64,000 nt of DNA from Acidobacteriota bacterium (GTDB lineage: Bacteria; Acidobacteriota; Vicinamibacteria; Fen-336), in contig QHVM01000017.1 in NCBI GenBank assembly GCA_003223555.1, positions 14,425-78,424 of the forward strand. Direction: 5' to 3'. This document shows, piece after piece, positions 30,729-42,768 of this stretch. The position numbers and the translations under genes were made by a program. Below the pieces are notes generated by a model. It saw only the letters and a program-made list of their open reading frames with translations. It ran no database searches and was not told the origin of the DNA. Position 1 is the first letter of the stretch; every line of letters starts with the position of its first letter.

Positions 30729-31797
30729 GAGGCTCCAGCGCCAGGGGAAGCTGGGGCGAATCGAGACCGCGGAGGACCTTGCGGGTGATGGAGGAGACGG
30801 GCAGAGCAGCGATCTCCTCGGGCGTCGCCCAGCGGAAGCGCTCCGGATCCCCGGGAGGCCGGCGGCGTAGCCGCGAGGCGTAGGCCTCGAGCCGGATGCG
30901 GCGGAAGGTGATGGCATGGCGGCCGCGGGCCACCAGCCGGCCCGGGACGAGGTCCAGGCCGTGACGCTGCTTCAGCTCGCGGACGAGGTCCGGCAGGCCG
31001 CGCGCTTCCAGCGAGGTCTGCGGCACCTCCCACATCCGCCCCATGAGCGGCCCCTCGCCCCGGCGAACGAGCAGCACCCTCCCTCGCTCCTCGACGAGCG
31101 CCGCCGCCACCGTCACCGCCTCCGGGGCCCGGCGCGCGCGGCCCTCCGGCAGCCGGTCCACGATGTCCAGGATGCGGGCCTCGCAATGCGCGCGCAGGGG
31201 GCAGGCCGGGCAGGCGGGCCGGCGGGGAAGGCACACCGTGGCCCCCAGCTCCATGAGGGCCTGGTTCCAGTCCCCCGGGGCGTCGCGGTCGAGAAGCTCC
31301 TCGGCCTTGTTGTAGTACGGCGCGTCGGAGCGCCCCGGCGTGCCGCGCAGCGCGAACAGGCGCGCCAGCACCCGCCGCACGTTGCCGTCCACCACCGGCA
31401 GCGCCACGCCGTGGGCGATCGAGAGCACGGCGCTCGCCGTGTAGAGCCCCACCCCGGGCACGGCCAGGGCCGCCTCCAGCGTGCGCGGGAAGCGTCCGCG
31501 GTGCCGCTCGAGGACGTGCCGGGCGCCCCGGTGCAGGTTGCGGGCGCGGTGGTAGTAGCCGAGGCCCGACCAGCGGGCCAGGACCTGCTCCTCGGTCGCC
31601 GCGGCCAGCGCCGGCAGGTCGGCGAACGCCTCCAGGAACGCCTCGTAATAGGGGACCGCGGTCTTCACCGTCGTCTGCTGGAGCATCACCTCCGAGACCC
31701 AGATGCGGTACGGGTCGCGCGTGCGCCGCCAGGGAAGGTCGCGCCGGTGGCGTCGATACCAGTCGAGGAGCGGCCGGCGCAGGCGCGCCGGGCTCAT
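30721..31797 (-). CDS. mutY: A/G-specific adenine glycosylase
   Basis: [24 protein letters not shown], Fe-S motif C-X6-C-X2-C-X5-C, Nudix-like C-terminus. Confidence 0.95.
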   Translation of the reverse strand: MSPARLRRPLLDWYRRHRRDLPWRRTRDPYRIWVSEVMLQQTTVKTAVPYYEAFLEAFADLPALAAATEEQVLARWSGLGYYHRARNLHRGARHVLERHRGRFPRTLEAALAVPGVGLYTASAVLSIAHGVALPVVDGNVRRVLARLFALRGTPGRSDAPYYNKAEELLDRDAPGDWNQALMELGATVCLPRRPACPACPLRAHCEARILDIVDRLPEGRARRAPEAVTVAAALVEERGRVLLVRRGEGPLMGRMWEVPQTSLEARGLPDLVRELKQRHGLDLVPGRLVARGRHAITFRRIRLEAYASRLRRRPPGDPERFRWATPEEIAALPVSSITRKVLRGLDSPQLPLALEPRD

Positions 31798-33095
31798 GCC
31801 TCCACGGCCGGGACGGCGTCGGTGGCCCGCCGCCCGCCACCCTGGTCGATGCGCTCGATGTCGGCGCCCAGGCCCCGCAGCTTCTCGTCGATGCGGTAGT
31901 AGCCGCGGTCCAGGTGGTAGACGCGGTCGACCACGGTCTCGCCGCGGGCGGCCAGCGCGGCGAGCAGGAGGCAGGCCGAGGCGCGGAGGTCGGTGGCCAT
32001 CAGCTGCGCTCCCGACAGCGGCGTGTGTCCGCTGACGATGGCGGTCCGGCCGTCGATCCGGATGTCGGCCCCCATGCGCTGCAGCTCGGCCACGTGCATG
32101 TAGCGGTTCTCGAAGATCGTCTCGGTGATGGTGCTCGTGCCTGCGGCCTGGGTCATGAGGGCCATGTACTGGGCCTGCATGTCGGTGGGGAAGCCGGGAT
32201 AGGGTACGGTGGTCACGTCCGAGGAGCGCATGGTGCGCGGGGCACGGACGCGCAGGTTGTCGGGCCCCTCCTCGATGCGGATCCCCGTCTCCCGCAGCTT
32301 GTCGATCACGGCCCGCAGGTGCGCGGGGTGGCAGTTCCTCACCTCGATGTCGCCGCCGGCGATGGCGCAGGCGGCCACGAACGTCCCCGTCTCGATGCGG
32401 TCGGGGATCACCCGGTGCTCGGCGCCGTGCAGGCTCGAGACGCCCTCGATGCGGATCGTCGAGCCGCCCGCGCCCTGGATCCTCGCCCCCATCTTGACGA
32501 GCAGGTCGGCGAGGTCAGAGACCTCGGGCTCCTGGGCCGCGTTGCGGATGATGGTCTCCCCGTCGGCCAGGCTGGCCGCCATCATGACGTTCTCGGTGCC
32601 GGTCACGGTGACGGTGTCGAAAGCGACCTCGGCCCCCCGCAGGCGGTCGGCCTGTGCCTCCACATAGCCGGACGCCATGCGGATGGAGGCCCCCAGCTTC
32701 TCGAGCGCCTGCAGGTGCAGGTTGATCGGCCGGGCCCCGATGGCGCACCCTCCGGGCAGCGACACCCGGGCCTGGCGGGCCCTCGCCACGAGCGGCCCCA
32801 GGACCAGGACGGAGGCGCGCATCGTCTTGACCAGGTCGTAGGTGGCCTCGACCGAGGTCAGCTCGGCGGCGGTGATCTCCACGGTGCCGCCGACCCGGAA
32901 CTGCACGTCGGCGCCGAAATCGCTCAGCACGTGCCCCATGGTGCGGATGTCCCGCACCTCGGGGACGTTGTGGAGCACGACCGGCTGGCCGGTGAGCAGC
33001 GCCGCGCAGACCTCCGGCAGCGAGGCGTTCTTGGCCCCGGAGATGCGGACCGTCCCTTCGAGCGGCCGCCCCCCCACGATACGGATCTTTTCCAC
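31794..33095 (-). CDS. murA: UDP-N-acetylglucosamine 1-carboxyvinyltransferase
   Basis: [38 protein letters not shown]. Confidence 0.97.
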   Translation of the reverse strand: MEKIRIVGGRPLEGTVRISGAKNASLPEVCAALLTGQPVVLHNVPEVRDIRTMGHVLSDFGADVQFRVGGTVEITAAELTSVEATYDLVKTMRASVLVLGPLVARARQARVSLPGGCAIGARPINLHLQALEKLGASIRMASGYVEAQADRLRGAEVAFDTVTVTGTENVMMAASLADGETIIRNAAQEPEVSDLADLLVKMGARIQGAGGSTIRIEGVSSLHGAEHRVIPDRIETGTFVAACAIAGGDIEVRNCHPAHLRAVIDKLRETGIRIEEGPDNLRVRAPRTMRSSDVTTVPYPGFPTDMQAQYMALMTQAAGTSTITETIFENRYMHVAELQRMGADIRIDGRTAIVSGHTPLSGAQLMATDLRASACLLLAALAARGETVVDRVYHLDRGYYRIDEKLRGLGADIERIDQGGGRRATDAVPAVEA

Positions 33096-33150
33096 TCACT
33101 CCAGTCTAGTGCGGAGCGTGACCGAAGAGTAGGGTGGGGAGAAGGCGCCG

Positions 33151-34002
33151 CTACGGCCGGCGGGACGCGACGACGCGGGGGATGCCGGCCAGGTCGCGGC
33201 GCGTCTCGGTAGGCGGGAGGCCCGCCGCATCCAGCTTCTGCGCGACCTGCTCCGCCATGCCCGCGCCCACCTCCACGAGCAGATGACCGCCCGGACGCAG
33301 CAGGTCGCGGGACTGCCGAGCCAGGCGCTCGTAGATGCCGTACGGAGGGTCGGGCGCGAGGAGCGCCGGCCGGGGCTCGTGGTCGCGCACCTCGGGGGCC
33401 AGCCCGGGCAGGTCGGCCGGATGCACGTAGGGGGGGTTGCTGACGACGAGGTGGACGGCTCCGCGCAGGTGGGCGACCGGGGCGAGCAGGTCACCTTCGT
33501 GCCAGGCCACGCGCCCGTCCAGGCCCAGCCGGCGGGCATTGTCCCGCGCCACCTCCAGCGCCGCCGGAGACACGTCGGTCGCGTGAAGGGCGGCGTCGGG
33601 ACGCTCGGCGGCCAGCGACAGCGCGATGCAGCCGCTGCCGGTGCCGGCGTCGACGACGACCGGCGCCGTGAGCCCCCGCATCGCCCGCAGGGCCGCCTCC
33701 ACCAGCAGCTCGGTCTCGGGGCGGGGGACGAGCACGGCGGGGCTCACCACGAAGTCGTGGCGCCAGAACGCCTGGGTGCCGGTGAGGTGTTGCAGCGGAC
33801 GCCGGCTCGCGCGCTGCTCGACGAGGGCGAGGAACCCCTTCTCCTCGGCCGCGGACAACGTGTCGCCGCGGCGGGCGATGACGGCCGCGCGGTCGCAGCC
33901 CAGGGCGTGCCGGAGCAGCGTCTCGGCGTCCAGGGCGGGCTGCGACACGCCGGCGGCGCGTAGCCGCTGCTCGGCGCGGCGAAGCGCGTCGGCGACGGTC
34001 AA
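33151..34002 (-). CDS. prmC: Release factor glutamine methyltransferase
   Basis: PRPETE, DAGTGSG, SNPPY; directly downstream of prfA. Confidence 0.95.
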   Translation of the reverse strand: MTVADALRRAEQRLRAAGVSQPALDAETLLRHALGCDRAAVIARRGDTLSAAEEKGFLALVEQRASRRPLQHLTGTQAFWRHDFVVSPAVLVPRPETELLVEAALRAMRGLTAPVVVDAGTGSGCIALSLAAERPDAALHATDVSPAALEVARDNARRLGLDGRVAWHEGDLLAPVAHLRGAVHLVVSNPPYVHPADLPGLAPEVRDHEPRPALLAPDPPYGIYERLARQSRDLLRPGGHLLVEVGAGMAEQVAQKLDAAGLPPTETRRDLAGIPRVVASRRP

Positions 34003-35027
34003 ACGGGCTGCTTCAGCTTCTCGGCCTGGTTGTGGGCGATGAGGCCGTTGACGACCTCGTCGAGCGCGCCGTCCAGGATCTCCTGGAGGCGGTGGATGGT
34101 GAGGCCGATGCGGTGGTCCGTCACCCGGCCCTGCTGGAAGTTGTATGTGCGGATCTTCTCACTGCGGTCGCCCGATCCGACCTGGCTCCGGCGCTCGCTG
34201 GAGATCTGCTTCTGCTGCTCCTCGAGCGCCATCTCGTAGAGCCGCGCCCGCAGCACCTTCATGGCCTTCTCGCGGTTCTTGATCTGGCTCTTCTCGTCGG
34301 GCAGGTGGGTGATGCGGACCGCCGAGTACGTGGTATTGACGCTCTGGCCGCCGGGCCCGGACGAGCAGAACGTGTCGATGCGGATGTCCTTGGGCTCGAT
34401 CCTGACGTCCACCTCCTCCGCCTCCGGGAGCACGGCGACCGTGACCGCGGAGGTATGGATGCGGCCGGACGCCTCGGTGGCGGGGACGCGCTGCACCCGG
34501 TGCACTCCGCTCTCGTAACGGAGCTTCGAGTACACCCGCTGGCCCTCGACCATCGCGATGACTTCCTTGATGCCGCCCTGGCCGGCCCGGGTCACGGAGA
34601 CGACGTCGATCTTCCAGCCCTGGAAGATCTCGGCCGCGAAGAGGGCGGCCTCTTCGCCCCCCGTCCCCGCCCGGATCTCGAGCAGCACGTTCTTCTCGTC
34701 ATTGGGGTCCTTGGGCAGGAGGAGGCGGGGGACCTCTTCGTCGAGGGCGTCGCGGCGGGACGCCTGGGCGCGCAGCTCCTCATGGGCCAGCTCCCTCAGC
34801 TCGGGGTCCGACTCGGACCGGATCAGCTCCTGGACCTTGGTGATCTCGCTGAGGGTCGCCTTGTAGGCCCGGTAGCGCTCCACGATGGGAGCCAGCTCCT
34901 TGGACTCGCGGGCCAGTCGCTGGTAGGCGGACGGGTCCTGGGTCACGGCCGGGTCCGACATCTGCGCCTGGACCTCGCCGTAGCGCGCTTCCACGTCCTT
35001 GAGCTTCTGGAACGTTATGGAGTCCAT
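33999..35027 (-). CDS. prfA: Peptide chain release factor 1, with two apparent in-frame deletions
   Basis: [21 protein letters not shown] (PxT), [17 protein letters not shown]. Confidence 0.95.
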   Translation of the reverse strand: MDSITFQKLKDVEARYGEVQAQMSDPAVTQDPSAYQRLARESKELAPIVERYRAYKATLSEITKVQELIRSESDPELRELAHEELRAQASRRDALDEEVPRLLLPKDPNDEKNVLLEIRAGTGGEEAALFAAEIFQGWKIDVVSVTRAGQGGIKEVIAMVEGQRVYSKLRYESGVHRVQRVPATEASGRIHTSAVTVAVLPEAEEVDVRIEPKDIRIDTFCSSGPGGQSVNTTYSAVRITHLPDEKSQIKNREKAMKVLRARLYEMALEEQQKQISSERRSQVGSGDRSEKIRTYNFQQGRVTDHRIGLTIHRLQEILDGALDEVVNGLIAHNQAEKLKQPV

Positions 35028-35057
35028 GTGGAACCTTGGGGGGAGCGCCGCCTCCCC

Positions 35058-35088
35058 AAAAAAACGTCAGGGGGGTCTGCGACCCCCC
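35058..35088 (-). terminator. Intrinsic terminator/attenuator after rpmE
   Basis: Minus strand GGGGGGTC-GCA-GACCCCCC, then TGACG and T7. Confidence 0.55.
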
Positions 35089-35106
35089 GACCCCCCCGCG
35101 GCAACG

Positions 35107-35331
35107 CTACGCCTGGGCGGCCGGTTCCTTCTTCTTCCCGTACTTGCGCGTGTAGCGCTCGACGCGCCCGGCCGAGTCGATGAGCTTCTGCTTCCCGGTG
35201 AAGAAGGGGTGGCAGTTCGAGCAGATCTCCAGCCGCAGCTCCTGGCCCTTGGTGGACCGGGTCGTCCAAGTCGCGCCGCAGGCGCAGTGGACGTTGACGA
35301 CCTTGTACTCGGGATGAATTCCTGGCTTCAT
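35107..35331 (-). CDS. rpmE: 50S ribosomal protein L31 (Zn-binding type)
   Basis: [28 protein letters not shown]. Confidence 0.97.
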   Translation of the reverse strand: MKPGIHPEYKVVNVHCACGATWTTRSTKGQELRLEICSNCHPFFTGKQKLIDSAGRVERYTRKYGKKKEPAAQA

Positions 35332-35462
35332 GACGCTCCCGGGGCCCGCCTCCGGCGTGGCCCTGAACATTGGATTCTAGCATAGAATGCGATCAACACT
35401 ATCCGGGTCACTCAACCCCCTCTCGCGTGCGCCTGTCCAACGCTTCGAATCACGCACCTGAC

Positions 35463-36905
<1,443 letters not shown>

Positions 36906-36908
36906 GCG

Positions 36909-38123
36909 ATGGCCTGGGACGTCTCACGCCGGGTCTTCCTGCGCGGGGCCGGACTGGCCGCGGTGGGGGTCGGCTTCCATCCCTCGTCCCTGCTCGTGCG
37001 CGCCGCCCAGGCCGCCGAGGCCGGGCGCCGCGTCCTGGTGCAGATCTTCCTCCGCGGGGGTTGCGACGGGTTGAACCTTTGCATTCCGTTCGGGGACGCC
37101 GAGTACTACGGCCTGCGCGGGGCGATCGCCCTCGGCCGGGGCGAGGTCGTGGACCTCGACGGCCACTTCGGCCTCCATCCCGCCCTCGCGCCGCTGAAGG
37201 TGCTCTACGACGAGGGCCGGCTCGCCCTCCTGCACGCCGTGGGGAGCTACGGCCTCAGCCGCTCGCACTTCGACGCCCAGGACTTCATGGAGTCGGGCAC
37301 GCCGGGCGACAAGACCACCTCGACCGGCTGGCTGGAGCGGAGCATCTCCAGGGTGCCGGGCAACGCGGTGACCGAGGCGGTGGCGTTCTCCGCCCAGCTC
37401 CCGCGCTCGTTCCTGGGCCCGGAGCCGGTCCTGGTGGCGCAAACGCTGTCGAGCTTCGACCTCCGGGCCCGCAACTGGCGGGGGGAGGCGGAGACGCTGC
37501 TGCGCGCGATGTACGACGGCCGCCCGGACGTGCTGGGCAAGGTCGGCCAGGAGACCTTCGCGGCCATGGACGTGCTGCTGCGCACGCCGGAGATCATGGC
37601 CCCGCCCGCCGCCGGCGCCGTCTACCCGGGCTCGACGGTCGGGAGCTCGCTGAGGCAGGCGGCGCAGATCATCAAGGCCGGCCTGGGCACCCGCGCCATC
37701 TTCGTCAACGTGCCCGGCTCGTTCGACACCCACGCCAACCAGCTCCCGGCCAACGCCCTCGAGTTCACGCGGCTGGCCGACGCGCTGGTGGCCTTTGCGC
37801 GCGACCTGGGCGGGATGCTGGACGACGTGGCGGTGATGGTCACGACGGAGTTCGGCCGGGCCGCCTTCGTCAACGGCTCGGCGGGCACCGATCACGGCTC
37901 CGCCCACTGCATGATCCTCATGGGTGCGGGAGTGCGCGGCGGCCGGGTGTACGGGTCGTGGCCCGGTCTCTCCCGGAGCCAGCTCTACCAGGAGCGGGAC
38001 CTGGCGGTGACGACCGACTTCCGCGACGCGTTTGCCGAGGTGGCGCGGGCCCAGCTCGGCATCGATTCGTCCTCGCTCTTCCCCGGTTACGCTGCCGGCC
38101 CCGGCCCGGGGATCGTCGCGTAG
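36909..38123 (+). CDS. DUF1501 family protein with a Tat signal
   Basis: SRRVFL Tat motif, RGGCDGLN, GLHP, RSHF, FDTH, EFGR, GTDHG, TDFR. Confidence 0.9.
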   Translation: MAWDVSRRVFLRGAGLAAVGVGFHPSSLLVRAAQAAEAGRRVLVQIFLRGGCDGLNLCIPFGDAEYYGLRGAIALGRGEVVDLDGHFGLHPALAPLKVLYDEGRLALLHAVGSYGLSRSHFDAQDFMESGTPGDKTTSTGWLERSISRVPGNAVTEAVAFSAQLPRSFLGPEPVLVAQTLSSFDLRARNWRGEAETLLRAMYDGRPDVLGKVGQETFAAMDVLLRTPEIMAPPAAGAVYPGSTVGSSLRQAAQIIKAGLGTRAIFVNVPGSFDTHANQLPANALEFTRLADALVAFARDLGGMLDDVAVMVTTEFGRAAFVNGSAGTDHGSAHCMILMGAGVRGGRVYGSWPGLSRSQLYQERDLAVTTDFRDAFAEVARAQLGIDSSSLFPGYAAGPGPGIVA

Positions 38124-38128
38124 CCGGC

Positions 38129-38668
38129 GTGGCGCGACTCGCCCGTCCGGCCGCCGCTCTGGCGCTGCTCCTGCCGCTCGCCTCTCCCGCCCCGGCCGCC
38201 CTGGCGGCTTCCCCGAGGGCCGACCTGTTCGCCGGCTACTCCTACCGCAAGAGCGGCGACCAGGGACTGAACGGGTGGGACGCCGCGCTCGGCGCGAGCC
38301 TCTCGCGATGGATCGGCGCGGAGGCCGACGTGAGCGGGCATTACGGCCGGCAGTCGGGGACCGACCTCAGCCGGCTGTCCTTCATGGCGGGGCCGCGCTT
38401 CGTGTATCGGACCGGCGGTCTGGCGGTCTTCGCCCATTACCTCGCGGGCGGGGTGCGCTCGCGAGCGAGCATCGGCGTGCTGGGAGTGGACATCGCGGAG
38501 ACGAGCACCGACTTCGGCATGGCCGCGGGCGGGGGAGCGGACGTGCGCGTCTCGGAGCGGTGGGCGCTCCGAGCCCAGGGCGACTACGTGGTCGTCCGCG
38601 CGCAGGGCGCCACGGAGAAGGATCCCCGCGTAGCGGTCGGCCTCGTGTTCCGACTCACACGGAATTAG
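38129..38668 (+). CDS. Outer-membrane beta-barrel protein (small, 8-stranded type)
   Basis: Signal peptide; F.GYSY, GPRF, GGG.D and alternating amphipathic strands. Confidence 0.8.
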   Translation: MARLARPAAALALLLPLASPAPAALAASPRADLFAGYSYRKSGDQGLNGWDAALGASLSRWIGAEADVSGHYGRQSGTDLSRLSFMAGPRFVYRTGGLAVFAHYLAGGVRSRASIGVLGVDIAETSTDFGMAAGGGADVRVSERWALRAQGDYVVVRAQGATEKDPRVAVGLVFRLTRN

Positions 38669-38673
38669 GACTC

Positions 38674-38689
38674 AGGCACGGGGCTTGCT
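38674..38689 (+). promoter_or_regulatory. sigma-54 promoter pointing into an intergenic region
   Basis: AGGCAC-GGGGC-TTGCT, GG-N10-GC spacing. Confidence 0.5.
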
Positions 38690-38700
38690 CTTCGACGCCG

Positions 38701-38856
38701 GTGCAGAGAGAGGAGCGCCGGAAGTAAAGAGGACGACGCCAGGCCGGCACGACGGGACGGGCGAATGTTCCCTCGCGCAGGCCTCGCGGCTGGCCAACCT
38801 CCTCACGCGTGGCTCGATGATCGCTGGCCGGCATCTCACCGGCGCCCTCTCTCCGC
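38701..38856 (+). ncRNA. Candidate structured small RNA
   Basis: Begins at the expected sigma-54 start site; 38706-38721 pairs with 38839-38853 (15 bp, one bulge); no credible CDS. Confidence 0.35.
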
Positions 38857-38926
38857 CTCTCGACCTTCCGTAATATTCCACCCAACTCGATGCGTGTCTG
38901 CGCCGCGACGATCTGGTCTCGGTGAC

Positions 38927-38953
38927 CGGGCGGCTGGCTCGAGCCACCGCCCG
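38927..38953. terminator. GC-rich hairpin between convergent units
   Basis: CGGGCGG-C-TGGCTCGAGCCA-CCGCCCG; no U-tract. Confidence 0.4.
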
Positions 38954-38965
38954 ACAAGCATTGGC

Positions 38966-39430
38966 TCACTCGCGACGTACGTGATGTCGTGTCTTGCGAT
39001 CGTAGACAGTGCCGGCCGCGCCGCCCACGAGGCCGCCGACCAGGGCTCCCTTGCCCCCACCGACCAAGCTGCCCACGAGCGCTCCGCCCGCCGCCGAGCC
39101 ACCGATGATGAGCCCGCTCTTCTTCGCCGACCGCGTGTGCCTGACGACGCGGTGGCGGCTGGTGGTCGTGGTGGTCGTGCGGTAGACGACCCTCTGGGCG
39201 GCAGGCGTGGCGATCGTCGTCGTCTGGGAGGTGGCCACGGCCGGAGTGACGACGGGCTGGCTGGCGCTGTCGTTGAGGGCGTTGACGGGCGCGGCCGTGG
39301 TGGGAGCGGGGATCGCCGCCGATGCCTGCGGCTGGGCCTGGGCGTCGGGGGAATGACGGGAGGTCGCGAGCACGATCGCTCCCCCCAGGGCGAGGGCGCC
39401 GAGGGCCGCGGCGCCGATCACTGGTCTCAT
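38966..39430 (-). CDS. Glycine-zipper (YMGG-like) exported protein
   Basis: GGAGG RBS, N-terminal hydrophobic helix, Thr-rich linker, IGGSAAGGALVG.L.GGGKGALVG. Confidence 0.8.
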   Translation of the reverse strand: MRPVIGAAALGALALGGAIVLATSRHSPDAQAQPQASAAIPAPTTAAPVNALNDSASQPVVTPAVATSQTTTIATPAAQRVVYRTTTTTTSRHRVVRHTRSAKKSGLIIGGSAAGGALVGSLVGGGKGALVGGLVGGAAGTVYDRKTRHHVRRE

Positions 39431-39474
39431 GAAACCCTCCAGTCGGTTAATGAAAGTGGGATATACGATCCCCT

Positions 39475-41298
39475 TCACTCCGGTGCAAGGGATGTGCCAG
39501 TTGGATAGGCAGGCCAGGCGATCGAGAGCAGCACGCCCGCCGGCCGCTCATCTAGCGCGTCCGCCTCGCGTCCGCGGGGCGCGAGCGGCTCCTGCCGCCG
39601 GTACACGACGGTGACCGGCGCGCTCTGGGGGCCGCAAACCAGGTCTCTTTCCAGCGGCTCGCCTTCCGCCCCATAGAGGAGCACGGCCCGGGGCCCCGCG
39701 GCCCGAAGCCTCAGCCGTCCGTCCGGGATCTGCACGATGAAGTCGAGCGCGCCGTCGGCCCGGCACTCCAGCGCCACCAGCGTGCCTTGCGCCTCGGCGG
39801 TCAGCGCGGCGGCGAAGCCGAGCCGGCCCAGCAGGTGCCCGGCCAGGAAGCGCATGTCGTCGTCACGCGCGGCCGTGCGCGCCCGCGCGAGGACGGCCGC
39901 GGCACGTCCGAGGTCGTCGACCCGCGTGTAGAGGCCGGCGAGCGTTATGGCGACGTCGGTGCGCTGCGGCTCGCGCGCGAAAGCCGGCTCGAGCAGCGCG
40001 ATCCGCCGCCGGGCCGGCTGGGGACGCAGCCGGGCCAGCAGCTCGGCGGCGTCGATGAAGTGGGGAGCCCGGCTCACCGCCTTCTCGAGGGCGGCCACGG
40101 CGGCGTCGGTGTCGTCGTCGGACAGCACCTGGCCGCGGCGGGCGGCCTCCTTCACCAGCACGTCCGCGTAGCGATGGAGGGCGAGCGGGCTTTCGGGCTC
40201 GCGCTCCAGCTCCGCCTTGAGCTGCGCTCGCGCCTCGTCCCAGCGCGCCTGGCCGAGCGCCACCTGGGCGAGGCCGTCGCGGGCCGGCACGAAGCCGGGG
40301 TCCTCCGCGACCGCGCGGGCGAAGTGCCCTCGGGCCTCGCGCGCCCGGTCCTGGTGCACCAGCAGGTCGCCCATCGCGTACTCGACCTCGGCCAGGGCCG
40401 GCACGGTGGATGCGGGCGGCTCGGCGCTCGCTTCCTCCGCGAGTCCGGGCGGCCCGAGCGTCGCGACCGGCCGCGCCGGCGCGTCCAGGTAGGCCCGCAG
40501 ACGGCGAGAGAGCGCGGGCAGCTCCTCGCCGAGGGCGCGGGCGAATGCGGAGGCGGAGTCCTGGCCCTGGGCGACGGAGGACAGGTAGCGCTCGAGCTGC
40601 TCCTTCCCGCCCGGACGGCCCAGCACGACGTAATGGGCCAGCAGCCACGACTGGGCGTAGAACAGGTCACAGCGGCCCTCGCGCACGTACAGCTCGGAGC
40701 TGTAGTCGGCCCTCAGCACCTGGTCGAGAGGCAAGAGGCCGCGCCGGCGCAGGGCCGCGACGTGGTCCGTGCGGGGCAGGCCAACCAGCGCCGCGGTGCC
40801 CTCCGGCCGCCACGCGGCGAACAGCTCGGCCAGCCCTTCCGCCACCCAGGCCGGCTGGGCCGGCAGCGACTCGTTGAGGGCCAGGTGCGCGTACTCGTGG
40901 TACAGCGCGTCGTAGCGGTCCGTCCGGGACGCGCCGAGGTCGAAGGCGATGTACCGGCGCGCGGTGCCGCCCTGGAAGAACCCGTCGACCGCGCGAGGCT
41001 CGGCCCCGATGCGGGGCACGAAGGACCGGAACGAACCCTCGCTCCGGAAGGCCAGGACCACGACGGGAGCCTCGGCGTCCGAGCCGCGGCGGGGGAGCAA
41101 ACCCTGCAGGACGCGCCGGAAGCGCGACAGGGCCGTGGCCGCGGCGACGGCGTCGGCGGGGACGCCCTCGCACAGCAGGTCGAAGTGGGGGGTGCGGGCC
41201 CGCGACCAGCCTGACGCCGGGCCGCCGCTCGCGGCCGCGAGGGCGGGGATGGCCGCGAGGGCGGAGGCGACGAGACCGGGGAAAGGGAGTCCGCGCAC
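39475..41298 (-). CDS. Secreted DUF1570-like HExxH domain plus TPR protein
   Basis: Signal peptide, RTPHF, HEYAH, W..EGLAE, FYAQSW.L.HY, TPR-like helices. Confidence 0.75.
   Translation of the reverse strand: MRGLPFPGLVASALAAIPALAAASGGPASGWSRARTPHFDLLCEGVPADAVAAATALSRFRRVLQGLLPRRGSDAEAPVVVLAFRSEGSFRSFVPRIGAEPRAVDGFFQGGTARRYIAFDLGASRTDRYDALYHEYAHLALNESLPAQPAWVAEGLAELFAAWRPEGTAALVGLPRTDHVAALRRRGLLPLDQVLRADYSSELYVREGRCDLFYAQSWLLAHYVVLGRPGGKEQLERYLSSVAQGQDSASAFARALGEELPALSRRLRAYLDAPARPVATLGPPGLAEEASAEPPASTVPALAEVEYAMGDLLVHQDRAREARGHFARAVAEDPGFVPARDGLAQVALGQARWDEARAQLKAELEREPESPLALHRYADVLVKEAARRGQVLSDDDTDAAVAALEKAVSRAPHFIDAAELLARLRPQPARRRIALLEPAFAREPQRTDVAITLAGLYTRVDDLGRAAAVLARARTAARDDDMRFLAGHLLGRLGFAAALTAEAQGTLVALECRADGALDFIVQIPDGRLRLRAAGPRAVLLYGAEGEPLERDLVCGPQSAPVTVVYRRQEPLAPRGREADALDERPAGVLLSIAWPAYPTGTSLAPE
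39484..39499 (-). promoter_or_regulatory. sigma-54 promoter
   Basis: Minus strand TGGCAC-ATCCC-TTGCA, exact consensus, 54 nt upstream of ATG 39430. Confidence 0.7.
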
Positions 41299-41321
41299 GG
41301 CGGGAAGACGACGCAGCCGCC

Positions 41322-42659
41322 CTAGCCGGCCGAGCTCATCGACTCCAGGAAGTCCCGGTTCGACTTGGTCTTGGCCAGCCGCTCCAGCATCAGCTCCATC
41401 GCCTCCACCGGCGAGAGGGGGTTCAGCACCTTGCGGAGGATCCAGATGCGGTTCAGCTCGTCCCGCGGCAGCAGCAGCTCTTCCTTGCGGGTGCCGCTGC
41501 GGTTGATGTCGATGGCGGGGAAGATCCGCCTGTCGCTCATCTTGCGGTCGAGGACGATCTCGCTGTTGCCGGTGCCCTTGAACTCCTCGAAGATCACGTC
41601 GTCCATGCGCGAGCCCGTCTCCACCAGGGCGGTGGCGATGATCGTCAGCGACCCGCCGTCCTCGATGTTGCGGGCGGCGCCGAAGAAGCGCTTCGGCCGC
41701 TGCAGCGCGTTCGAGTCCACGCCGCCCGAGAGGACCTTTCCCGACGGGGGGACGATCGCGTTGTAGGCGCGGGCGAGCCGCGTGATCGAGTCGAGCAGGA
41801 TCACCACGTCCCGCTTGTGCTCGACGAGCCGCTTGGCCTTCTCGATGACCATCTCCGCCACCTGCACGTGGCGGGTGGCGGGCTCGTCGAAGGTCGAGCT
41901 GACGACCTCGCCCCGCACCGAGCGCTGCATGTCGGTGACCTCCTCGGGCCGCTCGTCGATGAGGAGCACGATGAGGGCGATCTCGGGATGGTTGGTGGCC
42001 ACCGAGTTGGCGATGTTCTGGAGGATCATCGTCTTCCCCGTGCGGGGGGCGGCCACGATCAGCGCCCGCTGGCCCTTGCCGAGGGGCGTCATCATGTCCA
42101 GGACGCGGGCGGTGAGGTTGTCCTGGGCCGTCTCGAGCCGGATGCGCTCGCTGGGATAGAGGGGAGTCAGGTTGTCGAAGAGGACCTTGTCCTTGGCCAT
42201 CTCCGGGGGCTCGAAGTTGATGGCCTCGACCTTGATGAGGGCGAAGTAGCGCTCGCCCTCCTTGGGCGGCCGGACCTGCCCGGAGACGGTGTCGCCGGTG
42301 CGCAGGTCGAACTTGCGGATCTGCGACGGCGACACGTAGATGTCGTCCGGACCGGGAAGGTAGTTCGACTCCGGCGCGCGCAGGAAGCCGTAGCCGTCGG
42401 GCAGGCACTCGAGCACGCCCTCCGCGAAGAGCAGGCCGCTCTTCTCGGTCTGGCTCTGCAGGATCTTGAAGATGAGGTCGTGCTTCTTCATGCCCGCGGC
42501 GCCGTCCACCCCCAGCTCGCGGGCCATGGCGTTCAAGGCCTGGATGTTCATCTCCTTCAGCTCGGAGAGGTCCAGGGCCTTGTTCTCCTTCGGGGCGGGG
42601 GCCGGGACCATGGCCGGCTCCTGCTGCTCCTGCTGCTCCTGCTGATCGGTCTCGGGCAT
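41322..42659 (-). CDS. rho: Transcription termination factor Rho
   Basis: [54 protein letters not shown]. Confidence 0.98.
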   Translation of the reverse strand: MPETDQQEQQEQQEPAMVPAPAPKENKALDLSELKEMNIQALNAMARELGVDGAAGMKKHDLIFKILQSQTEKSGLLFAEGVLECLPDGYGFLRAPESNYLPGPDDIYVSPSQIRKFDLRTGDTVSGQVRPPKEGERYFALIKVEAINFEPPEMAKDKVLFDNLTPLYPSERIRLETAQDNLTARVLDMMTPLGKGQRALIVAAPRTGKTMILQNIANSVATNHPEIALIVLLIDERPEEVTDMQRSVRGEVVSSTFDEPATRHVQVAEMVIEKAKRLVEHKRDVVILLDSITRLARAYNAIVPPSGKVLSGGVDSNALQRPKRFFGAARNIEDGGSLTIIATALVETGSRMDDVIFEEFKGTGNSEIVLDRKMSDRRIFPAIDINRSGTRKEELLLPRDELNRIWILRKVLNPLSPVEAMELMLERLAKTKSNRDFLESMSSAG

Positions 42660-42768
42660 GGAATGCACTCCCGGCGGAGACGCCGCGGAAACGGGACCGG
42701 CTCCGCCGAAAAGAGGGTCCGACGCGGGGGAGCGGCGCTCCCGCCGCAAGGGTCTACGGCGTGGTCGT

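Noticed and set aside
38680-38700. GGGGC...TTCGAC resembling a tmRNA 5' end
   Set aside because: No matching T-arm/CCA 3' end or tag reading frame downstream.
42618-42644. 9-bp triple repeat in the rho 5' end (QQE)
   Set aside because: An in-frame low-complexity N-terminal extension; unit changes would not cause phase variation.
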